DNA from: an uncultured virus (IMG/VR IMGVR_UViG_3300043256_000464)
Taxonomy: Duplodnaviria > Heunggongvirae > Uroviricota > Caudoviricetes
Length of the DNA: 56,095 nucleotides
Reading direction: 5' to 3' (one strand)
IMG/VR virus record: IMGVR_UViG_3300043256_000464
How positions within the stretch are numbered: the first letter of the stretch is position 1; each line of letters opens with the position of its first letter. Positions 1 through 8,896 of this stretch are shown piece after piece. Below the pieces are notes generated by a model, which saw only the letters and a program-made list of their open reading frames with translations, made no database searches and was not told the origin of the DNA. The translations under genes were made by a program, and so were the position numbers.

Positions 1-715
1 GACCGCCATGTTTAATGATTCCATCTGGAACGACTTGAACCCAGAGGCTTTTCACATATGAATTGTGATTAGCCTGAACACCTTTCTTGCGTTTTTTCCA
101 TTTACCACCGCATACACCAGCATAGGAACGCGAATTTCCAAGCGTAGGTCTTCTGCTGGTCTTGGGATGTAACCGGAATGCTTTAACAATATGAAGGATT
201 CTAAACAGACTCGCGGGGCCTAAACCGGGGATATCATCGCAAAGATGCACAATGCCAGGATGTGTTTTTCGTGCCAAGCCCACAACTCTCCGTCGCAATC
301 TATCGCGTGCTTTTGATGGCCCATCCACGAGAAGTTGGACATATTCCTCCGGCATACCATTCCTTACAAGATGCGATGCCTGCCCCTTACGACGATTCGA
401 ATCTTTGCTAAGAGCCGTCTCTATTCGTACCATTACCCAAAGCTCATCTATGTCATTGGGCTTATAAAGAGAACCATAATTGGGAGCATCGGAGAGCTTG
501 CCTTCAAATCGATGGGTGCCGATAAAATCACCCGATTTTTCTGGAGGATTGCAATCTGGACAAGACCAAAGAATGTTATCTTCCTCAGATCCACCACTAG
601 CTTGCCGGGGGATAATATGAGCTTTCTGACCATATGCCAATTCGCATTTGATTCCACAAGATTGGCAAATGCCTTTGTCGCGTTTGTATATTTCTTCTCG
701 TGTATTTTTATTCAT
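1..715 (-). CDS. HNH nuclease fused to a Nop/IS110-Tnp-like domain (TasH-like), 3'-truncated at the window edge
   Basis: Manual translation from ATG 715 is open for 238 codons: IYKRDKGICQSC...AHIIPRQASGGSEEDNILWSCPDCN (HNH), helical linker, then HPGIVHLCDDIPGLGP...RPTLGNSRSYAG...KRKKGVQANHN. Confidence 0.75.
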   Translation of the reverse strand, partial: MNKNTREEIYKRDKGICQSCGIKCELAYGQKAHIIPRQASGGSEEDNILWSCPDCNPPEKSGDFIGTHRFEGKLSDAPNYGSLYKPNDIDELWVMVRIETALSKDSNRRKGQASHLVRNGMPEEYVQLLVDGPSKARDRLRRRVVGLARKTHPGIVHLCDDIPGLGPASLFRILHIVKAFRLHPKTSRRPTLGNSRSYAGVCGGKWKKRKKGVQANHNSYVKSLWVQVVPDGIIKHGG

Positions 716-727
716 TTACGATGACAA

Positions 728-783
728 GGGCGCGGCAGAGGAAGGCACGGGTAATCATTGGATCTATGGGTATTGCCGCGCCC
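728..783 (-). ncRNA. 10-bp hairpin enclosing a 36-nt TIGR-like guide unit
   Basis: GGGCGCGGCA/TGCCGCGCCC stem; minus-strand loop ATACCCA-TAGATCCAA-TGATTACCCG-TGCCTTCCTC; 12 nt upstream of the ATG at 715. Confidence 0.45.
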
Positions 784-801
784 GTTACATTCTAAGCTAA
801 A

Positions 802-1773
802 TCAAGGAGATTTGCCTAGTTCAGACTTCACCATAATCTCAACCAACTCCTCAAAACTGGTCTTGGGCATCCATCCCAACTTCTTACGCGCTTTGCTTGC
901 ATCACCACAAAGTTCCCGAACTTCGGCGGGGCGTTTTAGGGCTTCACTATCCCATTCGACTTGAGAACGACTTTTACCAACATGCGCCAAAGCCAAATCC
1001 AAGAATTCTCCAACCGAGTGCGTTTCCCCAGTCGCAATCACATAATCATCTGGTTCGTCCTGCTGAAGCATCAACCACATCGCTTCAACATAATCAGGCG
1101 CGTAGCCCCAATCTCGTTTTGCATCAAGCGACCCAAGCTCAAGCGTTTTGCCTGTTCGTTTGATCCGAACCACGCCTTGGGCAATTTTCCGAGTCACAAA
1201 TTCTATTCCCCTTCTTTCGGATTCGTGATTGTACATAATTCCGCCAACCACAAACATCCCAAACGACTCTCGGTAAATATTGACAAGCCGATGCGATGCT
1301 AACTTGGATAAACCATATGGTGAACATGGAGTCATGCGAGTTTCTTCATTTTGAGGTAGAGGTTGGTTTCCGTACATCTCTGATGAGGAGGCTTGATAAA
1401 TGCGTGGAAGCGCACGACCTTTAATTTGACGACAAACATCAAGTAGTTTCAGAAAGCCGAGAAAATTGACCTCGTTGGTGTGTATAGCTTGATTCCATGA
1501 AGCACCAACGAATGACTGGGCGGCCAAATTATAGATTTCTGTGGGATGAGCGGTTTCTATAACATGTCTCAATGAACCACTGTCTGTCATCTCCCCCTCA
1601 ACTAGCTTGAAAGACTGGTTGTTTAGAATGCTAGCTAGATTTCCAAGGTGCTTAAGGGATCGATGACGGATCATGCCTATGACTTGGTAGTTTTTAACTA
1701 GGAGAAATTTTGCGAGGTAAGAACCATCCTGGCCTGCTACGCCCGTAACAAGTGCCACTTTGTTCGTCGGCAT
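802..1773 (-). CDS. gmd: GDP-mannose 4,6-dehydratase
   Basis: ALVTGVAGQDGSYLA, YNLAAQSFV, YQASSSEMYG, SPYGLSK, NHESERRG-FVTRK, RDWGYAPDYV; start moved to ATG 1773 after GGAG. Confidence 0.93.
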   Translation of the reverse strand: MPTNKVALVTGVAGQDGSYLAKFLLVKNYQVIGMIRHRSLKHLGNLASILNNQSFKLVEGEMTDSGSLRHVIETAHPTEIYNLAAQSFVGASWNQAIHTNEVNFLGFLKLLDVCRQIKGRALPRIYQASSSEMYGNQPLPQNEETRMTPCSPYGLSKLASHRLVNIYRESFGMFVVGGIMYNHESERRGIEFVTRKIAQGVVRIKRTGKTLELGSLDAKRDWGYAPDYVEAMWLMLQQDEPDDYVIATGETHSVGEFLDLALAHVGKSRSQVEWDSEALKRPAEVRELCGDASKARKKLGWMPKTSFEELVEIMVKSELGKSP

Positions 1774-1883
1774 GTATGTTCTCCAAATAAATGGGTGACT
1801 AAATACAATTGAGTTTAGCATTAATAAGGAAGTCCCACAACTACGGCGAAGACAGCCATGCCCTATATGGTACACTTTAACCT

Positions 1884-2204
1884 ATGACTCAAACAGACGC
1901 CATTGAGCAGGCCGTCAAGGAGATCAAAAAATGGGGCCCACGACGCGTCTTGATTGACAAAGAAGGTAAATCCACTACCCCCGAAAGAGCCAACAGACTT
2001 CAGAACAAACTCCCCGATGTGATTTTTATCAGATCCGATGGATGGACACTAGGAGCAATCAGCGAGCTTGCTGCTGAAGCAGAAGCTCTTTGGAAAAACG
2101 AGTGGATCGCTGTAATGATCAGTCCAATAGACAGACCGATAAGCTATGAGCAATATCAATCTGTCAAAGGCCCGATGGTCGATAAACTGATGAGGAACAA
2201 TTAA
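1884..2204 (+). CDS. Hypothetical protein
   Basis: 106-aa ORF; TGG-TACACT -10-like box 7 nt upstream (leaderless-like). Confidence 0.6.
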   Translation: MTQTDAIEQAVKEIKKWGPRRVLIDKEGKSTTPERANRLQNKLPDVIFIRSDGWTLGAISELAAEAEALWKNEWIAVMISPIDRPISYEQYQSVKGPMVDKLMRNN

Positions 2205-2366
2205 TGGCAAGAAAGAGATCAACAAGAAAGGCAAGTGGACTCCGCTTGCCAGGTGAGGCAAATCTAGTCATTTCTTGTGCTTGTGGCTGCAAATCTCAGT
2301 TCTACAAATACGATCATGTAGGGCGACCGCGCCGTTTTGTGAACGGACACAATAATAAGAAACGGA

Positions 2367-3158
2367 ATGGCTAAAACGACAGCAATTGAGTGGTGCGACG
2401 CCTCGCATAATTTCTGGATGGGCTGTAGCAAAGTATCCGCGGGATGCAAAAACTGTTTCGCAGAACGAGGAATGACCCGTTTTGGAAGAGACTTCTCCAA
2501 GATCACGAGGGCAAAAGGTTTCAGAAAGCCTCTTTCGTGGAAAAAACCTCGAAGCATCCTTGTAAGTTCTTGGACTGATTTCTTCCATGAAGATGTCCCG
2601 ACTGAGTGGCGACAAGAAGCTTGGGAAATAATGTTTTTCTCCCCTCAACACACATTCTTGATCCTAACCAAGAGACCAGAAAATATGAAAGGTATGCTGC
2701 CTGTGGGATGGATCGAGGGCATGTGGAAGCGCAGCCGCCATATCTGGCTAGGCGTAAGCGCAGAAAATCAGGCAATGGCCAACCTGCGGATTCCGAAACT
2801 GCTGGAGATTCCGGCGCAGGTGCATTTCGTGAGCGCGGAACCATTGCTTGCTCCGATAGATTTCTCAAGATGGTTGCGATTCCAAAGACCGGAGTATAGG
2901 TCGGCAATCGGAATACCGACAGATGCTCCAGCGGTTCCGCCGATTGATTGGATCATCACGGGCGGCGAGAGCGACCTGCGTAATCCGAGGGCGATGGATC
3001 TGGATTGGGTAGCAGACATCCGCGACCAATGCCAAGAGGCGGGAGTCGCATTCTTCCACAAACAAATGGGCGGCTCTAGTAAGTGTAAGTGCCACGGCGC
3101 GTGGGGTTGCAGGTTATTGGGTGGGCGAACATGGGGAGAGTTTCCCGATGGACGGTAG
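2367..3158 (+). CDS. DUF5131 (phage Gp37/Gp68) family protein
   Basis: TAIEWCD..NFWMGCSKVSAGCKNCFA, ILTKRP, WLGVSAENQ, SAEPLL, DWIITGGES, FFHKQMGG. Confidence 0.9.
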   Translation: MAKTTAIEWCDASHNFWMGCSKVSAGCKNCFAERGMTRFGRDFSKITRAKGFRKPLSWKKPRSILVSSWTDFFHEDVPTEWRQEAWEIMFFSPQHTFLILTKRPENMKGMLPVGWIEGMWKRSRHIWLGVSAENQAMANLRIPKLLEIPAQVHFVSAEPLLAPIDFSRWLRFQRPEYRSAIGIPTDAPAVPPIDWIITGGESDLRNPRAMDLDWVADIRDQCQEAGVAFFHKQMGGSSKCKCHGAWGCRLLGGRTWGEFPDGR

Positions 3159-3477
3159 AGGCAAACATGGTGAGCACGCTAGGGGTCCTGACCATCCTCG
3201 ATGGAATGAGGATCGCAAGATCGCCAGCACCGGATACGTGAAAGTACGTGTTGGCCGATCCCATCCGCTTGCTGATCCCAATGGTTACTGCTATGAACAT
3301 CTTCTTGTATGGACTTCTGCTGGTTTGGAACCTCCTGGCCCCGATGAACTATTGCATCATAAGAACGGACGGAAGACCGATAACAGGATCGAAAACCTAG
3401 GAAAGATGATTAGGTCCGATCACTCTAAGTTGACTAGCGAGAAGATACCCAGGGAACAGGGAAGGTTTTCTAATTGA
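3148..3477 (+). CDS. HNH homing-type endonuclease
   Basis: GYVKV..HPLA..GYCYEH...LHHKNGRKTDNRIENL; ATG 3148 after GGGGAG. Confidence 0.85.
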   Translation: MDGRGKHGEHARGPDHPRWNEDRKIASTGYVKVRVGRSHPLADPNGYCYEHLLVWTSAGLEPPGPDELLHHKNGRKTDNRIENLGKMIRSDHSKLTSEKIPREQGRFSN

Positions 3478-3569
3478 GCAAGATAGATGGCGCGTGGGGC
3501 GGGCGCGCTTTGGATGGCCGCACATGGGATGAGATCCCGGAAAGGAAGCCACATGAAGTTCGTTCCTGA
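3477..3569 (+). pseudogene. Orphan duplicate of the DUF5131 3' end
   Basis: Reads SKIDGAWGGRALDGRTWDEIPERK..* versus the active SKCKCHGAWGCRLLGGRTWGEFPDGR*. Confidence 0.75.
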
Positions 3570-3593
3570 GGATATGAACGAGGGACAGGATTG

Positions 3594-5276
3594 ATGGCAA
3601 AGTCTACTCGACTGAAGCTAGCGCCGCAGCTCACATTCCCAGCAGATGCCATTACCAGAACATTTGGTATCTTGGCTGTACGTGGTGCGGGCAAGTCCAA
3701 CACCGCTACTGTCATGGCCGAAGAAATGTATAAGGCAGGTCTTCCCTTCGTAGTCATTGATCCCGAAGGAAGCTGGTGGGGACTCCGTTCTGCTACAGAT
3801 GGCCGGTCCCCTGGCTTGTCTATTCCAATCCTAGGCGGTCGGCACGGCGATATTCCGCTGGAACGGCAGGGCGGAGCATTGGTTGCTGATCTAATCGCCG
3901 ACACCCGATTGTCCTGCGTGCTAGACTTGGACGGTTTTGAATCCGAGGCGGCGCGCAAACAATTCCTGCTGGATTTTGCTCAACGGCTTTATCGGAAGAA
4001 CACCGATCCACTTCATCTGTTTTTGGAAGAAGCAGATGACTATATTCCGCAGAAACCAATGAAGGATGAAACGCGCCTGCTCAGGGCTTGGGAAAACATT
4101 GTGCGCCGCGGCCGTAAGCGTGGTTTGGGCATGACTATGATTTCCCAACGTAGCGCGGTAATCAACAAAAATGTCCTGACGCAGGTAGAAACATTGATCG
4201 TCATGCGCACCACGGGTCCCCAGGACCGCAAGGCTATTCAGGCATGGGTTGACTATCATGGACAGAGTCGTGAAATTCTCGATTCGCTACCTGAACTCGA
4301 AGATGGCGAAGCATGGATTTGGTCCCCGCAGTGGTTGAAAAAGACCGTACGCGTCCAGATCAGAATGCGAGAAACCTTTGACAGCGGCGCAACCCCCAGT
4401 CATCGGAAAAGCAATCGGCCCGCCGCCGCCCTAGCAGATGTTGATCTGGCTGAATTCCAAACGCGCATGGCTGAAACCATTGAGCGAGCGAAAGCAGAAG
4501 ATCCGAAGGAATTGAAACGGATGATTGGCAAGCTTCAGGCTCAATTGACCAGAGCCAAGAAAGCAAAACCCGAAGTAGAGGTACGAACACAGGTAATTGA
4601 ACGTCCGGTATTGCAAGATGAAGATACAAAAGCATTGAAAACTGTGGCCGAGCAATTACAGATCATAGCTAACAATATTGTTCAGGCCCTTGACGGCTTC
4701 GATAGCCAGAAGGCGCAGACAGTCGTTCCGATGTCGCCCAAGACACCAGTCCGCGATCTAACCCAGCGGAAGCCAAAAGCCGCCGCCGAGCTACAACAGG
4801 ATATGGACAATCTCGGTCGAGGCGAACACAAGATTCTGACCGCGGTCGCACAACATCCGGAGGGTTGTACCCGAACGCAAATCACCGTTCTGACTGGATA
4901 CAAGCGGTCAAGCCGCGACACCTATCTTCAGCGACTTTTATCAGCAGGACTGATTGAAAAACAGAGAGGACGGCTGGCCTGCACGCGTCTCGGCATCGAG
5001 GTATTGGGCTCGCGTTATGAACCTTTACCCACTGGATACGATCTGCAAACCTACTGGCTGGGGCGTTTGCCCCGAGGCGAAAGTATCATCTTGCAGGAAT
5101 TAATTAACGCCTATCCCGAAGCCATCCATCGCGAAATCCTGAGCGAAACCACGGGATACAAACGATCCAGCAGGGATACATATCTGCAACGGCTAGTTGC
5201 CCGCGAACTGATTGACCGGATGGAAGGAAGTATGGTCAAAGCAAATGATCTGTTATTTTCAGTCCCCGAAAGGTAG
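3594..5276 (+). CDS. HerA/FtsK-like ATPase with two C-terminal winged-helix repeats
   Basis: Walker A AVRGAGKS, VVIDPEG, FLEEAD, RRGRKRG, ISQR; TGYKRSSRDTYLQRL occurs twice. Confidence 0.8.
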   Translation: MAKSTRLKLAPQLTFPADAITRTFGILAVRGAGKSNTATVMAEEMYKAGLPFVVIDPEGSWWGLRSATDGRSPGLSIPILGGRHGDIPLERQGGALVADLIADTRLSCVLDLDGFESEAARKQFLLDFAQRLYRKNTDPLHLFLEEADDYIPQKPMKDETRLLRAWENIVRRGRKRGLGMTMISQRSAVINKNVLTQVETLIVMRTTGPQDRKAIQAWVDYHGQSREILDSLPELEDGEAWIWSPQWLKKTVRVQIRMRETFDSGATPSHRKSNRPAAALADVDLAEFQTRMAETIERAKAEDPKELKRMIGKLQAQLTRAKKAKPEVEVRTQVIERPVLQDEDTKALKTVAEQLQIIANNIVQALDGFDSQKAQTVVPMSPKTPVRDLTQRKPKAAAELQQDMDNLGRGEHKILTAVAQHPEGCTRTQITVLTGYKRSSRDTYLQRLLSAGLIEKQRGRLACTRLGIEVLGSRYEPLPTGYDLQTYWLGRLPRGESIILQELINAYPEAIHREILSETTGYKRSSRDTYLQRLVARELIDRMEGSMVKANDLLFSVPER

Positions 5277-5284
5277 CAAATAAA

Positions 5285-5560
5285 ATGGACGAAATGGATA
5301 GCCCGAACATAGGCGACTTAGCGGTCTGGACCGTCATCAATCCACCCCGCAGCCCATATTTGTTTCCGGTTAATTCTCCGAAAGAAGCCAAGCAAATGAT
5401 CAATCAGTTAGCTTGGGCCATGTCCACAACCGACGCAATTTCAGTCAATGCTTTTGGCTTGGTCGAATGGGATGGCGAGGAATGGACAGAATGGCATAGC
5501 GAAGAGGGTGAAGATATCGACGAATGGGAAGGCATGACAGACTCTATCCCTGCAAGTTAA
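5285..5560 (+). CDS. P22 gp17-like (superinfection-exclusion-related) small protein
   Basis: LAVW...P..FPVNSPKEA..MI..LA...NAFGL..W...WTEW pattern, recalled from memory. Confidence 0.5.
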   Translation: MDEMDSPNIGDLAVWTVINPPRSPYLFPVNSPKEAKQMINQLAWAMSTTDAISVNAFGLVEWDGEEWTEWHSEEGEDIDEWEGMTDSIPAS

Positions 5561-5579
5561 ATAATGAGGTGTGATATAG

Positions 5580-5855
5580 ATGGGACGGAGAAAGACCAAG
5601 CCAAACAAATATTTCATAATTCTGAACAATCCAGACGGATGCTTACAAATCGGACGCCAGTTCAGAAAGGGAGACTTTGTCAATAGTCTAATCGATGGTC
5701 GATGGCCTAATGGCCTTAAAGTGAGAAACGAAAATGGTCGCATATTCACTGTAAGACATCGCAAAACTAAAAGACATTGCCTTGTCTCCGGTAACGGCGA
5801 AATTTATGAAATCATAGCGAATGCCCAGATCAGGAAAAAGGAGAGGGCCAAATGA
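5580..5855 (+). CDS. Hypothetical basic protein
   Basis: GAGGTG RBS; stop overlaps the next start. Confidence 0.6.
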   Translation: MGRRKTKPNKYFIILNNPDGCLQIGRQFRKGDFVNSLIDGRWPNGLKVRNENGRIFTVRHRKTKRHCLVSGNGEIYEIIANAQIRKKERAK

Positions 5856-6241
5856 CAGGACCGGCAACACAGCAACAGGATAAACCTCACGGTGCAGGAG
5901 AAGCCATTGTTGATATAGTGATCCGCGATTTGAAAGAGCGGAAAAAATTCGGAACTCAGAAATATGGTGAGCCTCTTAAAGCCTTCAATGGTCGCAATCC
6001 ATTAGTCGATCTCTATCAGGAATTAATTGACGCTCTTGTTTACGTTAGACAACACTTGGAAGAGGACAGAGAGAGTGAAATCGGAATACTTCAATCCATG
6101 TTGAGAACAGCAGCCGAGAACGCGTACATGAAGTTAACTCTCGGGCCTGATCGAAAGCAATTTGCCGACAAAGAAGATTGGATTGAGGCTTGGCTTAATG
6201 GTTTGATCCGATCAGATCCAGAGAAAGGCATTTCTCCCTAA
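5852..6241 (+). CDS. MazG-like all-alpha NTP pyrophosphatase-like protein
   Basis: R..FG..KYG..L...NGR..L.DLYQELIDALVY. Confidence 0.5.
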   Translation: MTGPATQQQDKPHGAGEAIVDIVIRDLKERKKFGTQKYGEPLKAFNGRNPLVDLYQELIDALVYVRQHLEEDRESEIGILQSMLRTAAENAYMKLTLGPDRKQFADKEDWIEAWLNGLIRSDPEKGISP

Positions 6242-6393
6242 TTGTCTGCTGGGCAATCTGGAAGAAGTGGAATACAAAATGACAGATCCAAATTAACGCC
6301 ACGGGCCGGGACGGGGTTAGCCCGTGAGACTAAAAAAGGTTGGAATAGATTTGAGCTGTGACGCTGCCCCGTCCCGTTTTTGAAAGGAATATC

Positions 6394-7113
6394 ATGAATG
6401 AATTTGTAGATAAAGTCTCTTTAGCCTATTGGTTTCCGAAACTCCAGGCTTCCGGAGTTCTGACTCCAACAACCAAGATCATCACAACAAAGACTGACTT
6501 CGGGCCAATGATGGATGGCCAACCATCAAAGGAAATTGATGAGTTCATTGCCTTTCTCAAACACGAGGCAGAGCATTTCGGCTTTCCTTTGTTTTTGAGA
6601 ACGGGCCATCTGAGTGCAAAGCACTCATGGAAAGATAGCTGTTTTGTTCCATCTAAAGAGCAAATTGGAAATTCTATTTATGCATTGGTTGAGGCGAGTG
6701 CTCTGGCTACGCTGCGAGGTTTACCAATGGACGTGTGGGTCATCCGCTCATTCCTTGACCTGGACATCCGCTTCACTGCATTTCATGGAGATATGCCCGT
6801 TGCAGTCGAAAGACGCTATTTCATCGAAGACGGAAAGGTAATTTGCTCCCATCCGTATTGGCCAGCCGGGGCTTTTGAACAGATCCGCAATAAGCCGGAA
6901 AACTGGGGAGCGCTCTTGACCGAAATGAATGCTGTCACAGCACCGGAACTCGAAGACCTCAGCGTCCAAGTTTCACAATCTTTTGAGGGCGCGTGGTCTC
7001 TTGATTGGGCGAAGCATAAATCAGGAACTTGGTATGCGATCGATATGGCCCCGATGGAAGTTTCATGGCACTGGCCTGGGTGCGAACATGGGGAAACACA
7101 TGCGCAAGTATAG
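6394..7113 (+). CDS. ATP-grasp protein (R2K/CDC123-like)
   Basis: PLFLRT..SAKHSW, WVIRSFL, ERRYFI, WSLDW...WYAIDM; AAAGGA RBS before ATG 6394. Confidence 0.55.
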   Translation: MNEFVDKVSLAYWFPKLQASGVLTPTTKIITTKTDFGPMMDGQPSKEIDEFIAFLKHEAEHFGFPLFLRTGHLSAKHSWKDSCFVPSKEQIGNSIYALVEASALATLRGLPMDVWVIRSFLDLDIRFTAFHGDMPVAVERRYFIEDGKVICSHPYWPAGAFEQIRNKPENWGALLTEMNAVTAPELEDLSVQVSQSFEGAWSLDWAKHKSGTWYAIDMAPMEVSWHWPGCEHGETHAQV

Positions 7114-7321
7114 CTATTCCAGAGACGTTAAAGCTGGATGCTATCAATGCCATGGCAGCGATACGCATTGGTTCGGAAAAAACGCACAGGGAGTGGCAGC
7201 TAGACACCACGATGTTCATGGACATCAGACTTGGGTAGAAATCGAAATGACAATTCAGTATGGCAAATCCGATTCAATCGATTCGGAAAAAGAAACGCAA
7301 CAACTCAGGATGGAGGAATAG
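7100..7321 (+). CDS. Hypothetical protein (CxxC/His)
   Basis: Coupled ORF in operon. Confidence 0.55.
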   Translation: MRKYSYSRDVKAGCYQCHGSDTHWFGKNAQGVAARHHDVHGHQTWVEIEMTIQYGKSDSIDSEKETQQLRMEE

Positions 7322-7326
7322 AATAG

Positions 7327-7539
7327 ATGCCCGATCCTGCAGTGATCAAAGTACTTAATCCAGTACCCGGAACTCACATTGAAGACGCCTTAGTAGAAGC
7401 GATCATGCTCTCCATCAAGGAAAACTGTGCAGTTCAGGTTGCCTTTAATGGCCGCGATATTTATATCAACATGCGTGCTTATATAAATCAAAGATTGGAG
7501 GAATTCCATGCACGACAACGCACACACGTTAGCGGGTAA
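7327..7539 (+). CDS. Hypothetical protein
   Basis: GGAGG RBS. Confidence 0.55.
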   Translation: MPDPAVIKVLNPVPGTHIEDALVEAIMLSIKENCAVQVAFNGRDIYINMRAYINQRLEEFHARQRTHVSG

Positions 7540-7801
7540 AACGGTCGAACTCAAGCTCAAGGGAAACCATCATCAAATTCATCCTAATACCGATCGCATC
7601 GAAATTGAGGATTGGCAGGATCGCATCACTGGTAAGCCTTGGAGGACATCAGATGTCGAAGGGAATCCTGCTGCCATAGTTTATGGTTTGTACATAGAAC
7701 ATGCCGGACTGCCAGATGACGATGAAGTGGTATACGGTAAGATTGGATTGCAGGGCTTCATTATTCATGACAGTGAGCTCGGAGATATAATTGATGAATG
7801 A
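7508..7801 (+). CDS. Hypothetical protein
   Basis: GGAGG RBS, overlapping ORF. Confidence 0.6.
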   Translation: MHDNAHTLAGKTVELKLKGNHHQIHPNTDRIEIEDWQDRITGKPWRTSDVEGNPAAIVYGLYIEHAGLPDDDEVVYGKIGLQGFIIHDSELGDIIDE

Positions 7802-8036
7802 AAAGTGGTCATTGGATTGGCCCGAATCTCCAGGATGGTATTGGTTCTATGGCCGTCGCTTTTCAGGTGACAGCATAAAACTTTTAACTGTCAGGGTAAA
7901 GAAAATCTCTAACGGTCTTAACTATGTTGCAGGATCGCTTTTCATGTATAAATCTGAAGGCGTAAAAGGACTTTGGCTTCCAATGAAAATGCCTGAGCTG
8001 CCAGAAGGAGATGAAGATGATTTGTCCAAACTGTAG
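7794..8036 (+). CDS. Hypothetical protein
   Basis: W...P..PGWYW...P..PE small phage protein pattern. Confidence 0.6.
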   Translation: MNEKWSLDWPESPGWYWFYGRRFSGDSIKLLTVRVKKISNGLNYVAGSLFMYKSEGVKGLWLPMKMPELPEGDEDDLSKL

Positions 8037-8424
8037 AGGAGTAAGCCGATGTGGGTGTCGGAGCTGTCTTCAAAAGCATAGACAGTTTGATGTGTTGGAA
8101 GTTCGGCTCGACAAAGAGATCGGAGTAATTGCATGCGGCCATTGTGGGTTCGCTATGATTTCTGATGCTTGGGCCGAAATGGAATGCGATATGTATTTGG
8201 GGTCAACAACAATATCGCTCGAAGAAGTAATTCTGAAATACAGGCCTCAGGGAAAAATGCCCCACGAGAAGAATTACAAACCCAGCATCCGAACTCATTG
8301 GGGTGTCAAGTTATGGCGCTGGAGAGGAATTCTCAAACACGCTCTTGAGTTGCTAATTGGGCATGGAACTGTCTATAAAAAGACTCGTTGGAAAACGATC
8401 AAAGCGCAGTTCGCAAAACTGTAG
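8011..8424 (+). CDS. Hypothetical Cys-rich protein
   Basis: AGGAG RBS; several CxxC. Confidence 0.5.
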   Translation: MKMICPNCRGVSRCGCRSCLQKHRQFDVLEVRLDKEIGVIACGHCGFAMISDAWAEMECDMYLGSTTISLEEVILKYRPQGKMPHEKNYKPSIRTHWGVKLWRWRGILKHALELLIGHGTVYKKTRWKTIKAQFAKL

Positions 8425-8451
8425 CACTTCCAAAACAAAGGAGACACATCG

Positions 8452-8652
8452 ATGTCTAACGAGGCAATGACATTTTCTATTGGCGGACTACTATCAGATA
8501 CGCCGTGCTCCAAGTGCGGCGAATTTGAATTAGTCAGTACTGGCCTTTGGCCTCCTGGCGCGTATGTTTGCTCTAATTGCGGAGACAGGGTAATTTTATC
8601 TCCATCAGCAAAGCTCCATATCTACGATAGCCGGGAGGAGCAGGATGAGTGA
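8452..8652 (+). CDS. Small Zn-ribbon protein
   Basis: CSKC...CSNC; AAGGAG RBS. Confidence 0.55.
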   Translation: MSNEAMTFSIGGLLSDTPCSKCGEFELVSTGLWPPGAYVCSNCGDRVILSPSAKLHIYDSREEQDE

Positions 8653-8887
8653 AGTGTTGAAGAAGTACGCCATAGAGAGAATGATGTGGGACGACGAGAA
8701 CGCAATGGTGGGACGTTCGGAAGAGCGTATCCGCTGGCATGGCAATTTTGTCGCAGTTTACGATGCACTCCAGGAATCCGAACGTAAGCTAAGTGAGTTG
8801 CGCTCTAAACTAAGCCTCGCTCCAGTTGCGCCACATCTGTTCATTTCCGATTATGATGAATGGCTGAAATCGCTCAAGGTAAAATAG
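8645..8887 (+). CDS. Hypothetical protein
   Basis: GGAGG RBS, coupled. Confidence 0.55.
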   Translation: MSEVLKKYAIERMMWDDENAMVGRSEERIRWHGNFVAVYDALQESERKLSELRSKLSLAPVAPHLFISDYDEWLKSLKVK

Positions 8888-8896
8888 AGAGGAATA

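Noticed and set aside
1..715. IS110 transposase
   Set aside because: The N-terminus is HNH, not a DEDD/RuvC domain; only the Nop/Tnp-like part is shared
252..724. ORFs 252-467, 335-724 and 448-657, and most other short antisense or overlapping ORFs in the track
   Set aside because: They shadow longer motif-bearing genes and lack RBS or recognisable motifs
1774..1875. 34-aa N-terminal extension of Gmd
   Set aside because: Homology starts at MPTNKVALVTG, which has its own RBS; the extension overlaps the divergent promoter region
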